Shown here piece by piece: positions 13,144-26,347 of a stretch of 46,299 nucleotides of DNA; position 1 is the stretch's first letter; each line of letters starts with the position of its first letter. Both the position numbers and the translations under genes were made by a program. Source of the DNA: Octopus bimaculoides. Taxonomy: Eukaryota. The stretch is taken from NCBI RefSeq assembly GCF_001194135.2, contig NC_068998.1:3826350-3872648 (forward strand), written 5' to 3'. The notes under the pieces were generated by a model. The model worked only from the letters and a program-made list of their open reading frames with translations, was not told the DNA's origin and did not search any database.

Positions 13144-14290
13144 ACCTTGCACTGCCGGCTAACTGACTGACCAGCCAGTCATTAAATAAACTGACCCAAA
13201 AGGTCAGCCTTTCACTTCTTCCCTTTAAAATCCTCTATTCTATTCACCTGNNNNNNNNNNNNNNNNNNNNNNNNNNNNNNNNNNNNNNNNNNNNNNNNNN
13301 NNNNNNNNNNNNNNNNNNNNNNNNNNNNNNNNNNNNNNNNNNNNNNNNNNNNNNNNNNNNNNNNNNNNNNNNNNNNNNNNNNNNNNNNNNNNNNNNNNNN
13401 NNNNNNNNNNNNNNNNNNNNNNNNNNNNNNNNNNNNNNNNNNNNNNNNNNNNNNNNNNNNNNNNNNNNNNNNNNNNNNNNNNNNNNNNNNNNNNNNNNNN
13501 NNNNNNNNNNNNNNNNNNNNNNNNNNNNNNNNNNNNNNNNNNNNNNNNNNNNNNNNNNNNNNNNNNNNNNNNNNNNNNNNNNNNNNNNNNNNNNNNNNNN
13601 NNNNNNNNNNNNNNNNNNNNNNNNNNNNNNNNNNNNNNNNNNNNNNNNNNNNNNNNNNNNNNNNNNNNNNNNNNNNNNNNNNNNNNNNNNNNNNNNNNNN
13701 NNNNNNNNNNNNNNNNNNNNNNNNNNNNNNNNNNNNNNNNNNNNNNNNNNNNNNNNNNNNNNNNNNNNNNNNNNNNNNNNNNNNNNNNNNNNNNNNNNNN
13801 NNNNNNNNNNNNNNNNNNNNNNNNNNNNNNNNNNNNNNNNNNNNNNNNNNNNNNNNNNNNNNNNNNNNNNNNNNNNNNNNNNNNNNNNNNNNNNNNNNNN
13901 NNNNNNNNNNNNNNNNNNNNNNNNNNNNNNNNNNNNNNNNNNNNNNNNNNNNNNNNNNNNNNNNNNNNNNNNNNNNNNNNNNNNNNNNNNNNNNNNNNNN
14001 NNNNNNNNNNNNNNNNNNNNNNNNNNNNNNNNNNNNNNNNNNNNNNNNNNNNNNNNNNNNNNNNNNNNNNNNNNNNNNNNNNNNNNNNNNNNNNNNNNNN
14101 NNNNNNNNNNNNNNNNNNNNNNNNNNNNNNNNNNNNNNNNNNNNNNNNNNNNNNNNNNNNNNNNNNNNNNNNNNNNNNTCAATAAAAAAGAAACAAAAGT
14201 AGGTACCACTGTTGGCAATCCAACCTGGATCACAGACTTAGAATCGTCACGCATTTTTTTTTATCTACGCCACTGCATACTTACCCTATT

Positions 14291-14321
<31 letters not shown>

Positions 14322-15004
14322 GGTAGTATTTTTTTCGTATGACAAGGATTTTCTCATTATTTTAAGATAATTGAATTCGTTCCCCCACCACACACTTTTT
14401 TTATACTCGGGATACTTCGTGTGGGCACATGCAAGCAAAGCTGGTTCTTGTGTCTACACCAAAGAACCGAGAATATTGGTTGGCGTTGGTAGATTTGTTA
14501 ATCTACCTCTAATATATTATTGGATTTAATTTTCCTGGTTTTCCCGAGAGGATTCAAAGCTAAGCTGAATCCAAATTGTGGATTCAGAACAATAACTAAT
14601 ATCGTAAACTACAGTAAATCACTCTCTCTCTCTACTTCATCCTTTTCTCTTTCTCGCTGATTTCTCTCTGTGGGGGTGGAGAGAAGAGGGAGCGGTCCTC
14701 TATGTGGTCGTTTGGTTTGCAAGACTAAGCAACCAAATCATTCACTGCCCTGCCTTCCCCAAGTGCACATCGGACTATGTAGTCCTAGATATACAACAGA
14801 CAAGATAGTCACAGCCAGACCATAGGCCTGCCTCAATCAGAACTGACTTTAACAAAAACGAAGGAAGAAGACGACGAAGAATTTAAAAGTTCCTCGGCCT
14901 TCAGTTGTCGATACTTTTAATATGAAGTAGCCGAGTCCAAGAACTGTTGTGAATTTCTATTTGACACCGCTGCTGGCGACTCGCCAGTACTGCAAGCACC
15001 TACA

Positions 15005-15050
15005 ATGGGTTATAAGGAACGAGACGCTTTGACAACCCCTTGGTCTGTTG
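15005..15050 (+). CDS. Candidate alternative first exon MGYKERDALTTPWSV, phase 1; may be transposon-derived
   Basis: ACAATGG (A at -3, G at +4), 15 codons plus G, donor TTG|GTAAGC (GT at 15051). The surrounding 14880-15230 sequence may be an interspersed repeat, which lowers confidence. Confidence 0.3.
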
Positions 15051-15796
15051 GTAAGCACATTTTAAGAAATATATCTATTTCGTTTTTGTATTTAGTTCGC
15101 AAGATTCTTCATGTGAATTCGTGTGTTGAAGCATATTTTGTTGTGTCTGGAGTCAGTCATTCTGTTTTAATATCCTATTAATTAATACACTCACCAGTTC
15201 AATTTCCACTCATTTATTATTATTATTATTTTTCTCTAAAATTTTCGTTGCTTTTTGCAACAATTATTGAAGAGGTTGCACGAAGGTTTTTTTCTTTTAT
15301 TTTTTAAAGAATTAATCTTGATAGGATCCAACTCGCAGTACATATATTTATAATAATATTAATTTGGGTATTTACAGTAAATATTCAAATGTTTAAATAT
15401 AATATATCATATGTAAATCTCAAAACAAATTATGAAAATCTCCGCAAAACAATTTTTAACTAATTCTTTTTCTTTTAATTCTTTTACTGGTTGAAGTCTT
15501 AGGACTGCGGCCATATTGGGGCATTGTGTTCAGGGCTTTTGGTCGAACTCTTTGGTTGAACTACTATTTACGGATATAAAGAACTCAGCATAAAAACAAT
15601 ATTGTTTTAAACATACACGCGTACCTACCTACCTACCTACATACATACATACACGAAATTTCACTTACAAGACATTTTAAGAGAAGTTGTCCAAGTTTCT
15701 GTGTAGTGAATCCTAACCCATAACCAAGTGGTTACGGTGCAAACTTCTTTAAGCATACAGCCATGCCTGTCCAAAGCAAAGAGAAAAGCCTATATA

Positions 15797-15902
15797 GATG
15801 TGTGCATGTATGATGTGCATGTATGATGTATGATGTGCATGTATGATGTGTGCATGTATAGATGTGTGCATGTATGATGTATGATGTGCATGTATGATGT
15901 GC
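15797..15902. repeat. Minisatellite of GTGCATGTATGAT-type units
   Basis: Six TGCATG-containing units are directly visible. Confidence 0.85.
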
Positions 15903-16169
15903 CGATGTGCGTAAGTGTCTGTTATTGTATATAAGTATATATGCATGTATGCCTATGCACACACACATGTGTAACTGTATGTTTACGGGTATATGTGTGC
16001 GTGCGTGTGTGTATGAATATGAGTATATGAGTTTGTGGTGTGTTTGTATCTAGGCTGTTCGTGTATATAAATCCTTGTGTGTAGCAGTGTTTGTATCTCC
16101 ATGCGTGTGCTTGAGAAAACCCCAAAACACGTTTTACATTAAAAAAAATATGGCCATAAATCCCAACAA

Positions 16170-16316
16170 ACTTTATTTAAATAACAAATTTTAAAATATA
16201 TTTATCCCATATTTTCAATCTGTCCATGTCTGTCTCCTCGGCCTTCCTTGTAGTGTAAAACTTCTCTGTAACCTATAAATTATTGGTAACCTAAGAACGG
16301 CAGCGGCAATATTTTT
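16170..16316 (-). mobile_element. Possible LINE (RTE-like) C-terminal remnant next to a gap
   Basis: Translates to ...QGRPRRQTWTD*, similar to the RGRP..W.D motif at the end of RTE ORFs; short and weak. Confidence 0.2.
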
Positions 16317-17339
16317 NNNNNNNNNNNNNNNNNNNNNNNNNNNNNNNNNNNNNNNNNNNNNNNNNNNNNNNNNNNNNNNNNNNNNNNNNNNNNNNNNNNN
16401 NNNNNNNNNNNNNNNNNNNNNNNNNNNNNNNNNNNNNNNNNNNNNNNNNNNNNNNNNNNNNNNNNNNNNNNNNNNNNNNNNNNNNNNNNNNNNNNNNNNN
16501 NNNNNNNNNNNNNNNNNNNNNNNNNNNNNNNNNNNNNNNNNNNNNNNNNNNNNNNNNNNNNNNNNNNNNNNNNNNNNNNNNNNNNNNNNNNNNNNNNNNN
16601 NNNNNNNNNNNNNNNNNNNNNNNNNNNNNNNNNNNNNNNNNNNNNNNNNNNNNNNNNNNNNNNNNNNNNNNNNNNNNNNNNNNNNNNNNNNNNNNNNNNN
16701 NNNNNNNNNNNNNNNNNNNNNNNNNNNNNNNNNNNNNNNNNNNNNNNNNNNNNNNNNNNNNNNNNNNNNNNNNNNNNNNNNNNNNNNNNNNNNNNNNNNN
16801 NNNNNNNNNNNNNNNNNNNNNNNNNNNNNNNNNNNNNNNNNNNNNNNNNNNNNNNNNNNNNNNNNNNNNNNNNNNNNNNNNNNNNNNNNNNNNNNNNNNN
16901 NNNNNNNNNNNNNNNNNNNNNNNNNNNNNNNNNNNNNNNNNNNNNNNNNNNNNNNNNNNNNNNNNNNNNNNNNNNNNNNNNNNNNNNNNNNNNNNNNNNN
17001 NNNNNNNNNNNNNNNNNNNNNNNNNNNNNNNNNNNNNNNNNNNNNNNNNNNNNNNNNNNNNNNNNNNNNNNNNNNNNNNNNNNNNNNNNNNNNNNNNNNN
17101 NNNNNNNNNNNNNNNNNNNNNNNNNNNNNNNNNNNNNNNNNNNNNNNNNNNNNNNNNNNNNNNNNNNNNNNNNNNNNNNNNNNNNNNNNNNNNNNNNNNN
17201 NNNNNNNNNNNNNNNNNNNNNNNNNNNNNNNNNNNNNNNNNNNNNNNNNNNNNNNNNNNNNNNNNNNNNNNNNNNNNNNNNNNNNNNNNNNNNNNNNNNN
17301 NNNNNNNNNNNNNCAGACACACACACACACACACACACA

Positions 17340-17410
17340 CTATACGATGGGATTCTTCCAATTTCCATCTACCAAATCCACTCACAAGGCTTTTGGTCGG
17401 CTCGAGGCTA
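17340..17410 (-). mobile_element. SINE family A fragment
   Basis: The reverse complement TAGCCTCGAGCCGACCAAAAGCCTTGTGAGTGGATTTGGTAGATGG matches the body of the 22814 copy. Confidence 0.75.
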
Positions 17411-18164
17411 CAGATCTGAACTCAGAATTTAATAAATGGGAAACTAATTGATAAAATAATGAGTCTTCCTTTTCCCTTTTTTTTTGCCTTGTATTTGAGT
17501 GTCAATGAGGGAGTTAAGGTTTCAAATTTCACTTAAGGATTTTGTAATTAAAAAAAAAAAAAATTAAAACAATATTCTTTTTCATTTCTTTCTTACAAAT
17601 AGCTTTCTTCTTTTAAACACCACTGCAGGGAGTTTTTGTCAACTAAATGCAGGAATAATCTCACTTGCTCTAAAAGACTTTTGAACTCACAATATTATAT
17701 ATGTAATACTAAATTGTGTGTCTATTTGGTTTACAGAACACCCTCCTCCTGGGAGGAACAAACACTGTGAAATATGTTTGGGTCACTCTAACGATTCTGG
17801 TTGCTCGCAGCACTAAATGGTTTCTGTTTTAAGCCCAAGGCCAACAATTGCGTTAAGTGAGGTGTTAGTCTATACCATCGACCTCAGTACGTAGCTGGTA
17901 CTTATTTCTTATCCATTTGTCTTTCCAGATTATAAAATCCACTGATTAACATAATAAATTATAAGTTTTAAAATAAGCACAAACCAATACATTTTGTGAA
18001 AGAGTGGGAGTGGGTATTATACTAGATTAAGGGATAATACAGTCGACCTCGGTGGGGTTTGATCCCAGGATGTCAAGGGACATAACTCAATACAGAACAC
18101 GTTAATTCCTCTAACGAATCTTTCACGTCTATTTCTTCGTTTCATGCAACGCGGGGCTTGTTTA

Positions 18165-18347
18165 GGGTCGCTCATTCCGCTAGAAATAGCAGTCATACCA
18201 TATTTTGTGTAGACAAGTGGGTGGGGATGCATTAAATAATGTTGCAGAAAATATACACTATCTGTAAAAATGAAACAATGAGGGATTGTCACGGCTGGAA
18301 GGATTTTAACAATAGATCTGCTCGATTTGGGCTTGAACAACAACAAC
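18165..18347 (+). mobile_element. Interspersed repeat family D (GCTAGAAATAGCAGCC motif), probable SINE body; a second copy follows at about 18380-18640
   Basis: The shared motifs GCTAGA(A/T)ATAGCAG, GGTCACGGCTGGAA and a terminal AACAACAAC also occur at about 14690-14855, 19155-19290 and 22590-22725 (+), and 21225-21363 and 40610-40795 (-). Confidence 0.65.
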
Positions 18348-19579
18348 AATGACAACATCATGTACAGCATCTAGGTAATGTTACGTCGGAAAATCAACGG
18401 CTTGGTCATGGCTGGAACGGTTTTGATCAAAAGTTGAGCCAACAAGGGTGTTTCTATTCGGTCTTTCGATCTGCATTTACCATCTGTCTAAAAAAAATAT
18501 ATAAATACACCAAAAAGAACAAAAGCAAAAAAGTATAGAAGAACGTGGCCATGAATATAAAATAAGTCGAGGTGGTCACGACTGGAACGTCTCTTACCAG
18601 AGGTGTCTGCTCAATCGGGGCTGGTCCAGCACTAAACTACAACAATAAAACCGTCATCTTTTATTTTATTTATTTATTGTTTTTTCTTCCTTTCTTCGAT
18701 TCTATAATGACTGAAGCAAGGGAGACTATTCTTCTGTCTAAACCAGAAAAATATCAGCTTGAAAAATCTGTTGTCGAGTCTTGTGCAATTTCCTAATGTA
18801 TTACTGGATTAATGAAGCTAACAGTCAAAATATGGTGTTTAGAGGTTAGTATTTGGACTTTTTAAAATGTTGAGGGCTGGGAGGGTACGTTTTTGGGCAG
18901 AAATTTGAAGAAAAAGGCAAAAAAATTAAAATAAATTACAAATATAGCTGTGCGGTGCTGTAAAAAAAAAAAATAATAATGATAATAATAAACTGTTTAT
19001 TATTACAGAAATAATTTGCTCACGTCAATTTCACGTGAAATATAGCAAATTCATTATATTAATGAATATAAGAGTTAGTGGCAGCTTATGAATAATAATA
19101 ATAATAACAATCGCACGGTTTATATATATATATATATATATGGTGAACCAGTGAGAGAAACTTCACTTTCGTCGGGCCACTCGGACTGCTAAAAATGGCA
19201 GGCGGAACCCGCTTGCAATCGTACTCTGCCGACTTGAGGACAGAAGGTGCATCGGTATATTTTGTCCTCCTCCTTGATATACAAAAGACAAAATAAGATT
19301 TAAAAAAAAAAAAAAAGCGGGTTGTCGCTGCGTCTGGGACTGTTTCGGTCTTAGGTTTGGTTTTTCAAAGGATAAACAACAGCGTACACATACTCACACA
19401 CACACACACACACATAAATTTCGTTAATTAGTTACTACTAATAATTCGTTAAAGGTTTACACAAAGAGTAAGGGCTATACAGTACAGTTTAATATGATGA
19501 TATGTTGCATAACGGCACGTGAACAATAAAATGGCAAACCAAGTAGAAATCATAATAATCGTCCTTTCAGATTTTCGGG

Positions 19580-19772
19580 AAAAGCCAGCGATTTCAGGAG
19601 GTGGTTAAATCTATTTTCATCGACTCCTGTACTCATCTGGTACTCGTCTTATCGACCTGAAAAGATGAGAGGCAAAGTTGACCTCGACGGGATTTGAGCT
19701 CTGAATGCCAACAGCCGGATGAAATGCTGCTAAGCATTTTTGTACGGCGCTCAAATGATTCTGCCAGTTCAC
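19580..19772 (-). mobile_element. SINE family B, near-complete degenerate copy
   Basis: TTATCGACCTGAAAAGATGAGAGGCAAAGTTGACCTCGACGGGATTTGAGCTC...GATTCTGCCAG. Confidence 0.75.
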
Positions 19773-19901
19773 TAAGTTTACTTAGAGATTCTTTAGTTTA
19801 ATATATGAAATACTACGATTGAGTACCGAAGACTAGGTTATAGAATAGTTCGAAAACCCCGCTGGGTGACCGATTCATTCCTGTTTCCTCTTTCATGTTA
19901 G

Positions 19902-20208
19902 ATGGGTTTATTTTTGAAAACTAATGATGCTGAGAAAAGCATGAAGGCCACAACAACCATTGGCTTTACCGAATTCGTTTTCTCTGTGTTTAGTAGAATG
20001 CACCGTCTAACTGATGAATGGAGACGCTCATCAATCATTAAGCAAGCAATTTATCTCTCATCAATCACACTATCGACAAGCGAAACCAAAGTATTAAAGG
20101 AGACAAGAAAATTAATCACCAGCTATGAAAACACAGGAAATTTTAGACAGGACATTTTATTCCACATACCACATTTATTTCACTTTACTTGGAAGAACCA
20201 TCAAATCG
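19902..20208 (+). CDS. Candidate alternative N-terminal exon, 102 codons (MGLFLKTNDAEK...FTWKNHQI), phase 1
   Basis: The ATG lies directly after a pyrimidine-rich acceptor (CCTGTTTCCTCTTTCATGTTAG|ATG). This is a non-repetitive 105-codon ORF in AT-rich DNA, with donor TCG|GTAACA (GT at 20209) shortly before its stop. No domain recognised. Confidence 0.4.
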
Positions 20209-20747
20209 GTAACATTTAAGAAACATATCCAACAGTAGATTAGCTATCTATCCCAGAGAATATTGCTATCTCTTCTATCGTATTTAACACTATAACATTT
20301 AATAATTCAGTGCCACACTTCAAACATAGGATAGCATGTTCCACTTATTATGCTCAGGGGATAAATATTTTATTTTACATAAAGTATATTTTCATGTATA
20401 TTGTCATGTATTTTAAAACAATTCTGGCTTGGGGAAAATACAAAAGATTTTTCAGCAAGAAAAAAATTGCAAATAAATGCGAAAAATGCTTGGAATATTC
20501 TAGAGGTAAAGTTGAATAGAATAAATTAAATGCTTAGTAAAAAGTTTATACATCACATAAATGCATTTCTTTACCATATTTGTCAATGGCTTCTGAATAT
20601 ATAGTCTAAATATATATTTGGTACTGGAGGTAAGATTTTGTTTAAATGATTCATGAAGTGATTGTAATTTTGGTTATCTATAAACACAAAAATTTACTAT
20701 CTATCTACACACACACGCATATATATATATATATCTGTATATATATG

Positions 20748-20816
<69 letters not shown>

Positions 20817-21224
20817 ATGCATGCATGCCTGTATCTCGATTTCCACTCATTACCTACTAAAAAACAAAAACAGAAAATCATATAAATTAAAAATTTTCTC
20901 AATACTTATTCATTATCTTTTTATGAATATTAAATGGAGGATTTATATTTGAATTTTATTTTAATATTTTATACCTAAATCGTATTTCTTTCCATATTTT
21001 ATATTCACAAGCTGTTACATTGTTTGTATGTGTATTACATAACCTATCTGCTTCATATTTTCAGTTTTCGTGTGTTTTTAACTGATTAAGGTTTTATCGA
21101 ACAGGCCCTGCTGAAACAAGGGCCAGCTGGATCCTTCATGTTTAGAACGCAATTTTTTTTGTAGTTTCTGTAAAAGTTATGGAGCCAAAACTGTTGCTGT
21201 TCGTATTACTGTATAACACCCTAC

Positions 21225-21363
21225 TCAGTCTTGATCGACCGGGACTAATATTTAAAGCAATGATTATTTTGTCTTTATATAAGGGACTGCATTATATAAT
21301 CATGTCTTGCATTCTGAGACGGTGGGGTGTGATTTGAAAGGATTTGGCTGCTATATCTAGCGA
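21225..21363 (-). mobile_element. Repeat family D copy
   Basis: The reverse complement GCTAGATATAGCAGCCAAATCC..TCAAATCACACC matches 22630-22670. Confidence 0.7.
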
Positions 21364-21553
21364 TTCGAACTACTATTTTGTGGTCTTTTTGTGTTTTTTT
21401 TCTTTCTTTTGTGAGTTAATTTCAATAAAATATTTTCACTACATCCACATTCATATTAGTATCAAAATACTCTCTTTCACTCACTCACTCACTCATACAT
21501 TTGAACACATGCCTCACTCTCTCCTCCTCTGTACCCATACATAAATTAATACA

Positions 21554-21840
21554 AGGGACATGGCTTAGTGGTTAGGGTGTTGCACTCTTGATTGCGAGAT
21601 CGTAGTTTCGATTTCAGACCAGGCGTTACGTTGTGTTCTTGAGCAAAGCACTTTCTTTTACGTTGCTCCGCGATCATTTCGTCATCTGACATGTGGCACA
21701 TGGTGCACCTGTTACAGGCAATGTCGATTTGATGGAGGGAATGAGCCCATGCCTATACAAACATTTGATCACTATAAGCAAATCATCTGTGTGGTTGTTC
21801 GGTAAGAAATTGTTGAACCCTTATACGTCGTCTAACGACG
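21554..21840 (+). mobile_element. tRNA-derived SINE, family C-like head with a different 3' body
   Basis: CATGGCTTAGTGG (A box), GTTTCGATTTC (B box-like), TTGTGTTCTTGAGCAAAGCACTTT..ACGTTGCTCC shared with the 28543-28872 copy. Confidence 0.75.
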
Positions 21841-21874
21841 TATGAGTCCGTGGTCTATCTATCTATCTATCTAT

Positions 21875-21915
<41 letters not shown>

Positions 21916-21919
21916 GTAT

Positions 21920-21950
<31 letters not shown>

Positions 21951-22813
21951 TATCACATTCACTCATATATGCACAGCGAAACAACACGTACGCGGTTTCA
22001 TTTCGTTTGTTCGCCTGATAAGTAATATTGTTCAGGAAGGGCATAACCACAACACCACATCTTCTCATATACTCCGCTCTTATAACAGTCCTAAACGCAA
22101 ATGTTTCCGTCTAACGTGAGGAGCGTTCATACACCAACAGTAGATTATTTTAGGCTTACACCGTTTTCGCCCGACTTATTCCGATCATTTTGCTCCATGT
22201 AAGGGCGATAAGCAATGTTAATGTTTTTCCAACCCCCATCCTCCTATAATCCTATAAGCTTTTACCTTTTATTTGTTCCAGTCATTAGACTGTGGCTATG
22301 CTGGAACATCGCCTTAACGAGCCCAGATTTGAGTTGAGAATGTAAAGTATTGATACTCAGACAGTATTGCTATCTCATCGCATTGTTGTAATAATAATAA
22401 TCATAATAACGATTTCTTGCAGAGAAAAATCGTAGCGGATATCTTGCGGTATTTTCCCGGCCCTTTCCGTTCTGAGCTCAAATCCCGCCATGGCCATCTT
22501 CGGAAGAAGATTTGATCCGGGGCTCGGGGTCTTGGGTGTCTTTAGGGGAGACCACTCAGTCACAAACATTCAGGCCAGGTTCTCGGTTTGAGGATGGACT
22601 GGAAACGCCTATACATGGTCACGTGATCTGCTAGATATAGCAGCCAAATGTCATTCAGATCACACCTGCCTAAAATACGACATGGTCACAGCTGGACCGC
22701 CTCTGACCAGCATTGCTCGAATAGACCTACAGGCAATGCCAAGAAATAATGAAATTAATTAATTCAATATAAGTTACATTTTAAATTAGCTATGTTAATC
22801 AAAATTTACAGAC

Positions 22814-23075
22814 ACAGGCATGGCAGTATGGTAAGAAGTTTACTTCCGACTACATGGTTCTGGGTTCAGTCCCAATGCATGGCACCTTGGGCGCGTTTCT
22901 TCTATGGCCTCGGGCTGACCAAAGTCATTTGAGTGGATTTGGTAGACGCAAACTGAGAGAAGCCCGCTGTTGTATGTATATATGTATGTATGTCTTTGTG
23001 TAACCGATGTTGGTGCGTTTACGTCCCCTGAATTAGCGGTTCAGAACAGAATAGAATGAGTACCACGCTTAAAAA
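22814..23075 (+). mobile_element. tRNA-derived SINE, family A, longer copy with internal TA/TG microsatellite
   Basis: TGGCAGTATGG A-box-like and GGTTCAGTCCC B-box-like motifs; similar to 2077-2250 and 17340-17410. Confidence 0.8.
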
Positions 23076-23181
23076 AAAAAAAGTTTAAATATAATTTGGA
23101 GTCAGTAAAATGGTTAATTGGTTAGACTCATCGTAAATTAGATTAATTATTTTTCTCCTCAATCGAGTAAAATTTAGTGGA

Positions 23182-23335
<154 letters not shown>

Positions 23336-23806
23336 ATGAGAAAAATCTTTGACTGCATGCCAATGCAGGGGAGATTACTCTCTGTCTCTCTACAGTTCTG
23401 CCCGTCTCTATTCGTTGCAGCGGTCGTCATTTTAAGAGAACCAGTGTTTTTCCAACAAAAAACATATAGCTATGTATTATCATAAATAAATAATGCAATA
23501 GATAAATATATTAATTAATTAATTAGTTAATTAATTGATTGATTAAATTTGGAGTTCAATTACCTTCGTGCATATTGATTTCAGATGCAAATAATAGAGA
23601 ATCACCTATTAATTTTGTTTTCAATTAATTTTGCACCGATTTTTCCTTTTAATACAAATGTTTACTGGTCTATTGACTATTTAGCTTAGTCCATTTAGGT
23701 TCTGAGATCGAATCCTACATAAATATGTTCTCTCTCTTTCTCTCTCTCTCTCTCCTTTTCTCTCTATTCTTTGCTGGTCAGTAAATTATATAGGAAAAAT
23801 GAAGTC

Positions 23807-23905
23807 GACGAGCTGGCAGAATCGTTTGCACACCGGGCAAAATACGTTTCGTCCGTCTTCACGTTCTGAGTTCAAATTCCGCCGAGGTCAATTTTGCCTT
23901 TTATA
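23807..23905 (+). mobile_element. SINE family B head
   Basis: GAGCTGGCAGAATCG (A box-like)...GTTCTGAGTTCAAATTCCGCCGAGGTC (B box). Similar plus-strand fragments at about 22430-22500 and 38160-38230. Confidence 0.75.
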
Positions 23906-25209
23906 CTACTTTCTTATCCCTTTGTAAGAAAGCATGCTAATATCTTAGTGAAGGATTATTAATCGGAGCAAAATACTCCGTAAGCTCTCTGTTAGTACAC
24001 AAGGCTAGCAATATTGTTTAGATTAGTAAAGAGCTCCTAGTATTTTTATGGCAGGGTCCGAGGTTATAGTCCATCACGAATCTATATTGTAAATCCATGA
24101 TTGTGTTCCAGTTATCCTGGTTTCTACAAGGCAAGGCCTAAATAATGGTCACTACATATTTTTCGGTATTTGACTTACAGCTGTTTCCGGTAGTCACTAT
24201 AGGTTCGATATTGATAGGTTTACTCAATTGGCCCATTGATCGGTTGAGAAAAGTTCAATGACCTTAAATATTTTGGTCGCTCGCTTTTTTCTGAATGCCC
24301 CATTTCATCAACCCCAAAATAATTAACAACGATATAACGAGGACTATCTAAGTATATATTGGAAAAGGAAAACTGGGAGCCGGGTCATTTTAAAGGGACG
24401 TAACTCTAACTATCGCATCTTACAAAGGATCAAAAATAAATGAGGCTGGCGTTGATTTTGTTAACACTACGAATATTCACACATACATGCTTGTATGTTT
24501 GTATATATAAATATATATATATATATATGTATACATGCATACATGTATGCGTGTAGGTACGCTCATACGCATACACGCATACATATACACATACAGATTT
24601 ACATACACAGATACACACATACATGAATTGAAAAATATATATCTGTTTGCGTGTGCGTGCGTGCGTGTGTGCGTGCGTGCGTGTGTGTGTGTGTGTGCGT
24701 ACGTGTGTGTGTGTGCGTACGTGTGTGTGTGTGCGTGCGTGTGTGTGTGTGCGTGTGTGNNNNNNNNNNNNNNNNNNNNNNNNNNNNNNNNNNNNNNNNN
24801 NNNNNNNNNNNNNNNNNNNNNNNNNNNNNNNNNNNNNNNNNNNNNNNNNNNNNNNNNNNNNNNNNNNNNNNNNNNNNNNNNNNNNNNNNNNNNNNNNNNN
24901 NNNNNNNNNNNNNNNNNNNNNNNNNNNNNNNNNNNNNNNNNNNNNNNNNNNNNNNNNNNNNNNNNNNNNNNNNNNNNNNNNNNNNNNNNNNNNNNNNNNN
25001 NNNNNNNNNNNNNNNNNNNNNNNNNNNNNNNNNNNNNNNNNNNNNNNNNNNNNNNNNNNNNNNNNNNNNNNNNNNNNNNNNNNNNNNNNNNNNNNNNNNN
25101 NNNNNNNNNNNNNNNNNNNNNNNNNNNNNNNNNNNNNNNNNNNNNNNNNNNNNNNNNNNNNNNNNNNNNNNNNNNNNNNNNNNNNNNNNNNNNNNNNNNN
25201 NNNNNNNNN

Positions 25210-25243
<34 letters not shown>

Positions 25244-25379
25244 TGTAAATGCAAAAATAAAAACAAAAATAATATATATATATATATATATATATGACAT
25301 GCGCGCGCTTGGACACACACACACACACATGCATACGTACATGTATTATATATGGAGACGAAATTAGAGACGAATAAAG

Positions 25380-25734
25380 AAGGAAAGAAAGAAACGACTA
25401 TATGGTGGCGGGAGGCGATTGTCGTGTTGGTCTGGGTAAATTGTTTGTCGGCTGGTTTTCTAGCCTGACGGACAGACAGACAGATGACACTGACTGACTG
25501 CTAGCTCCGTTGTCTCTCTGGCTAGCTGGCCGGCTGGCTGGCTGGTTGGCTGGTTGGCTGGTTGGCAGGCGGGTGCGGGCTGAGGCTGGTTATCTCGTCA
25601 TTCTGGCTGAATATATCGACCAAACGTGCAGTCAGCCTGTGTCAGAATCGGTCACTCTGGCTTGAGAAAGGGAAAAAATAAGGATTGGAAGAGACACGGC
25701 TGGACCATCGCCTGCCGGCCGCAAGTCAAAGTCA
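25380..25734 (+). other. Candidate non-coding alternative first exon / internal promoter
   Basis: GC-rich island with GGCT/GGTT repeats ending at donor TCA|GTGAGT (GT at 25735). No open ATG-initiated frame reaches the donor. The start coordinate is approximate. Confidence 0.3.
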
Positions 25735-26347
25735 GTGAGTTTATCGTTTCAAATTTACGTTTAATGTCTTCCATTGATGATGATGATGCTGGTGGTGGTG
25801 GTAGGAGGAGAAAGGGGGGAAAGATGGAAGGAGGTAAAGTGTGTATTCATGCGTACTAAGTCTTACCATCTGGTGTAATAAGTAATGGGGATAGAGAGGG
25901 TGATGGCGGTGGCGCTGGTGGCGCTGGTGGTGGTGGGGTCATTGAGAGCGCGCGGGCGGCGCATCGTGTCTATCTTGTCACTGCTAATATACACCACACC
26001 ACTCTCTCTCCATCCAACTTCGTGCTGGCCATAACCTACCTACCTACACTAATTGCATTGCCTTGTTTTCCTCCCCCACCCCGCCGCCGCCACCTACGGG
26101 GATTGATACTTACTATTACTGTTACTGTTATGATAATGATGACGATGATGATGATGATGATGATGATGATAGTGGTAGTGATGGTGATGTTGCTTACAGT
26201 AATTAAGTGAGGCGTTACGTTAAAAGCTCTCCCGTGTTTTTCGCGAGAGAATCTTGATGCCATAACATGACCTTTCTTTGATACAAATGCACATAGATAT
26301 ACGTCTACGGACACACACGTCCACACAGATACACACACACATTGGGA

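Noticed and set aside
18017-18370. 117-aa minus-strand ORF
   Set aside because: It overlaps SINE family B and family D sequences; antisense repeat translation.
21554-21630. tRNA-like sequences (also 28800-28872 and 23807-23885)
   Set aside because: They have A/B boxes but no intact cloverleaf and continue into shared repeat bodies, so they are SINE heads rather than tRNA genes.
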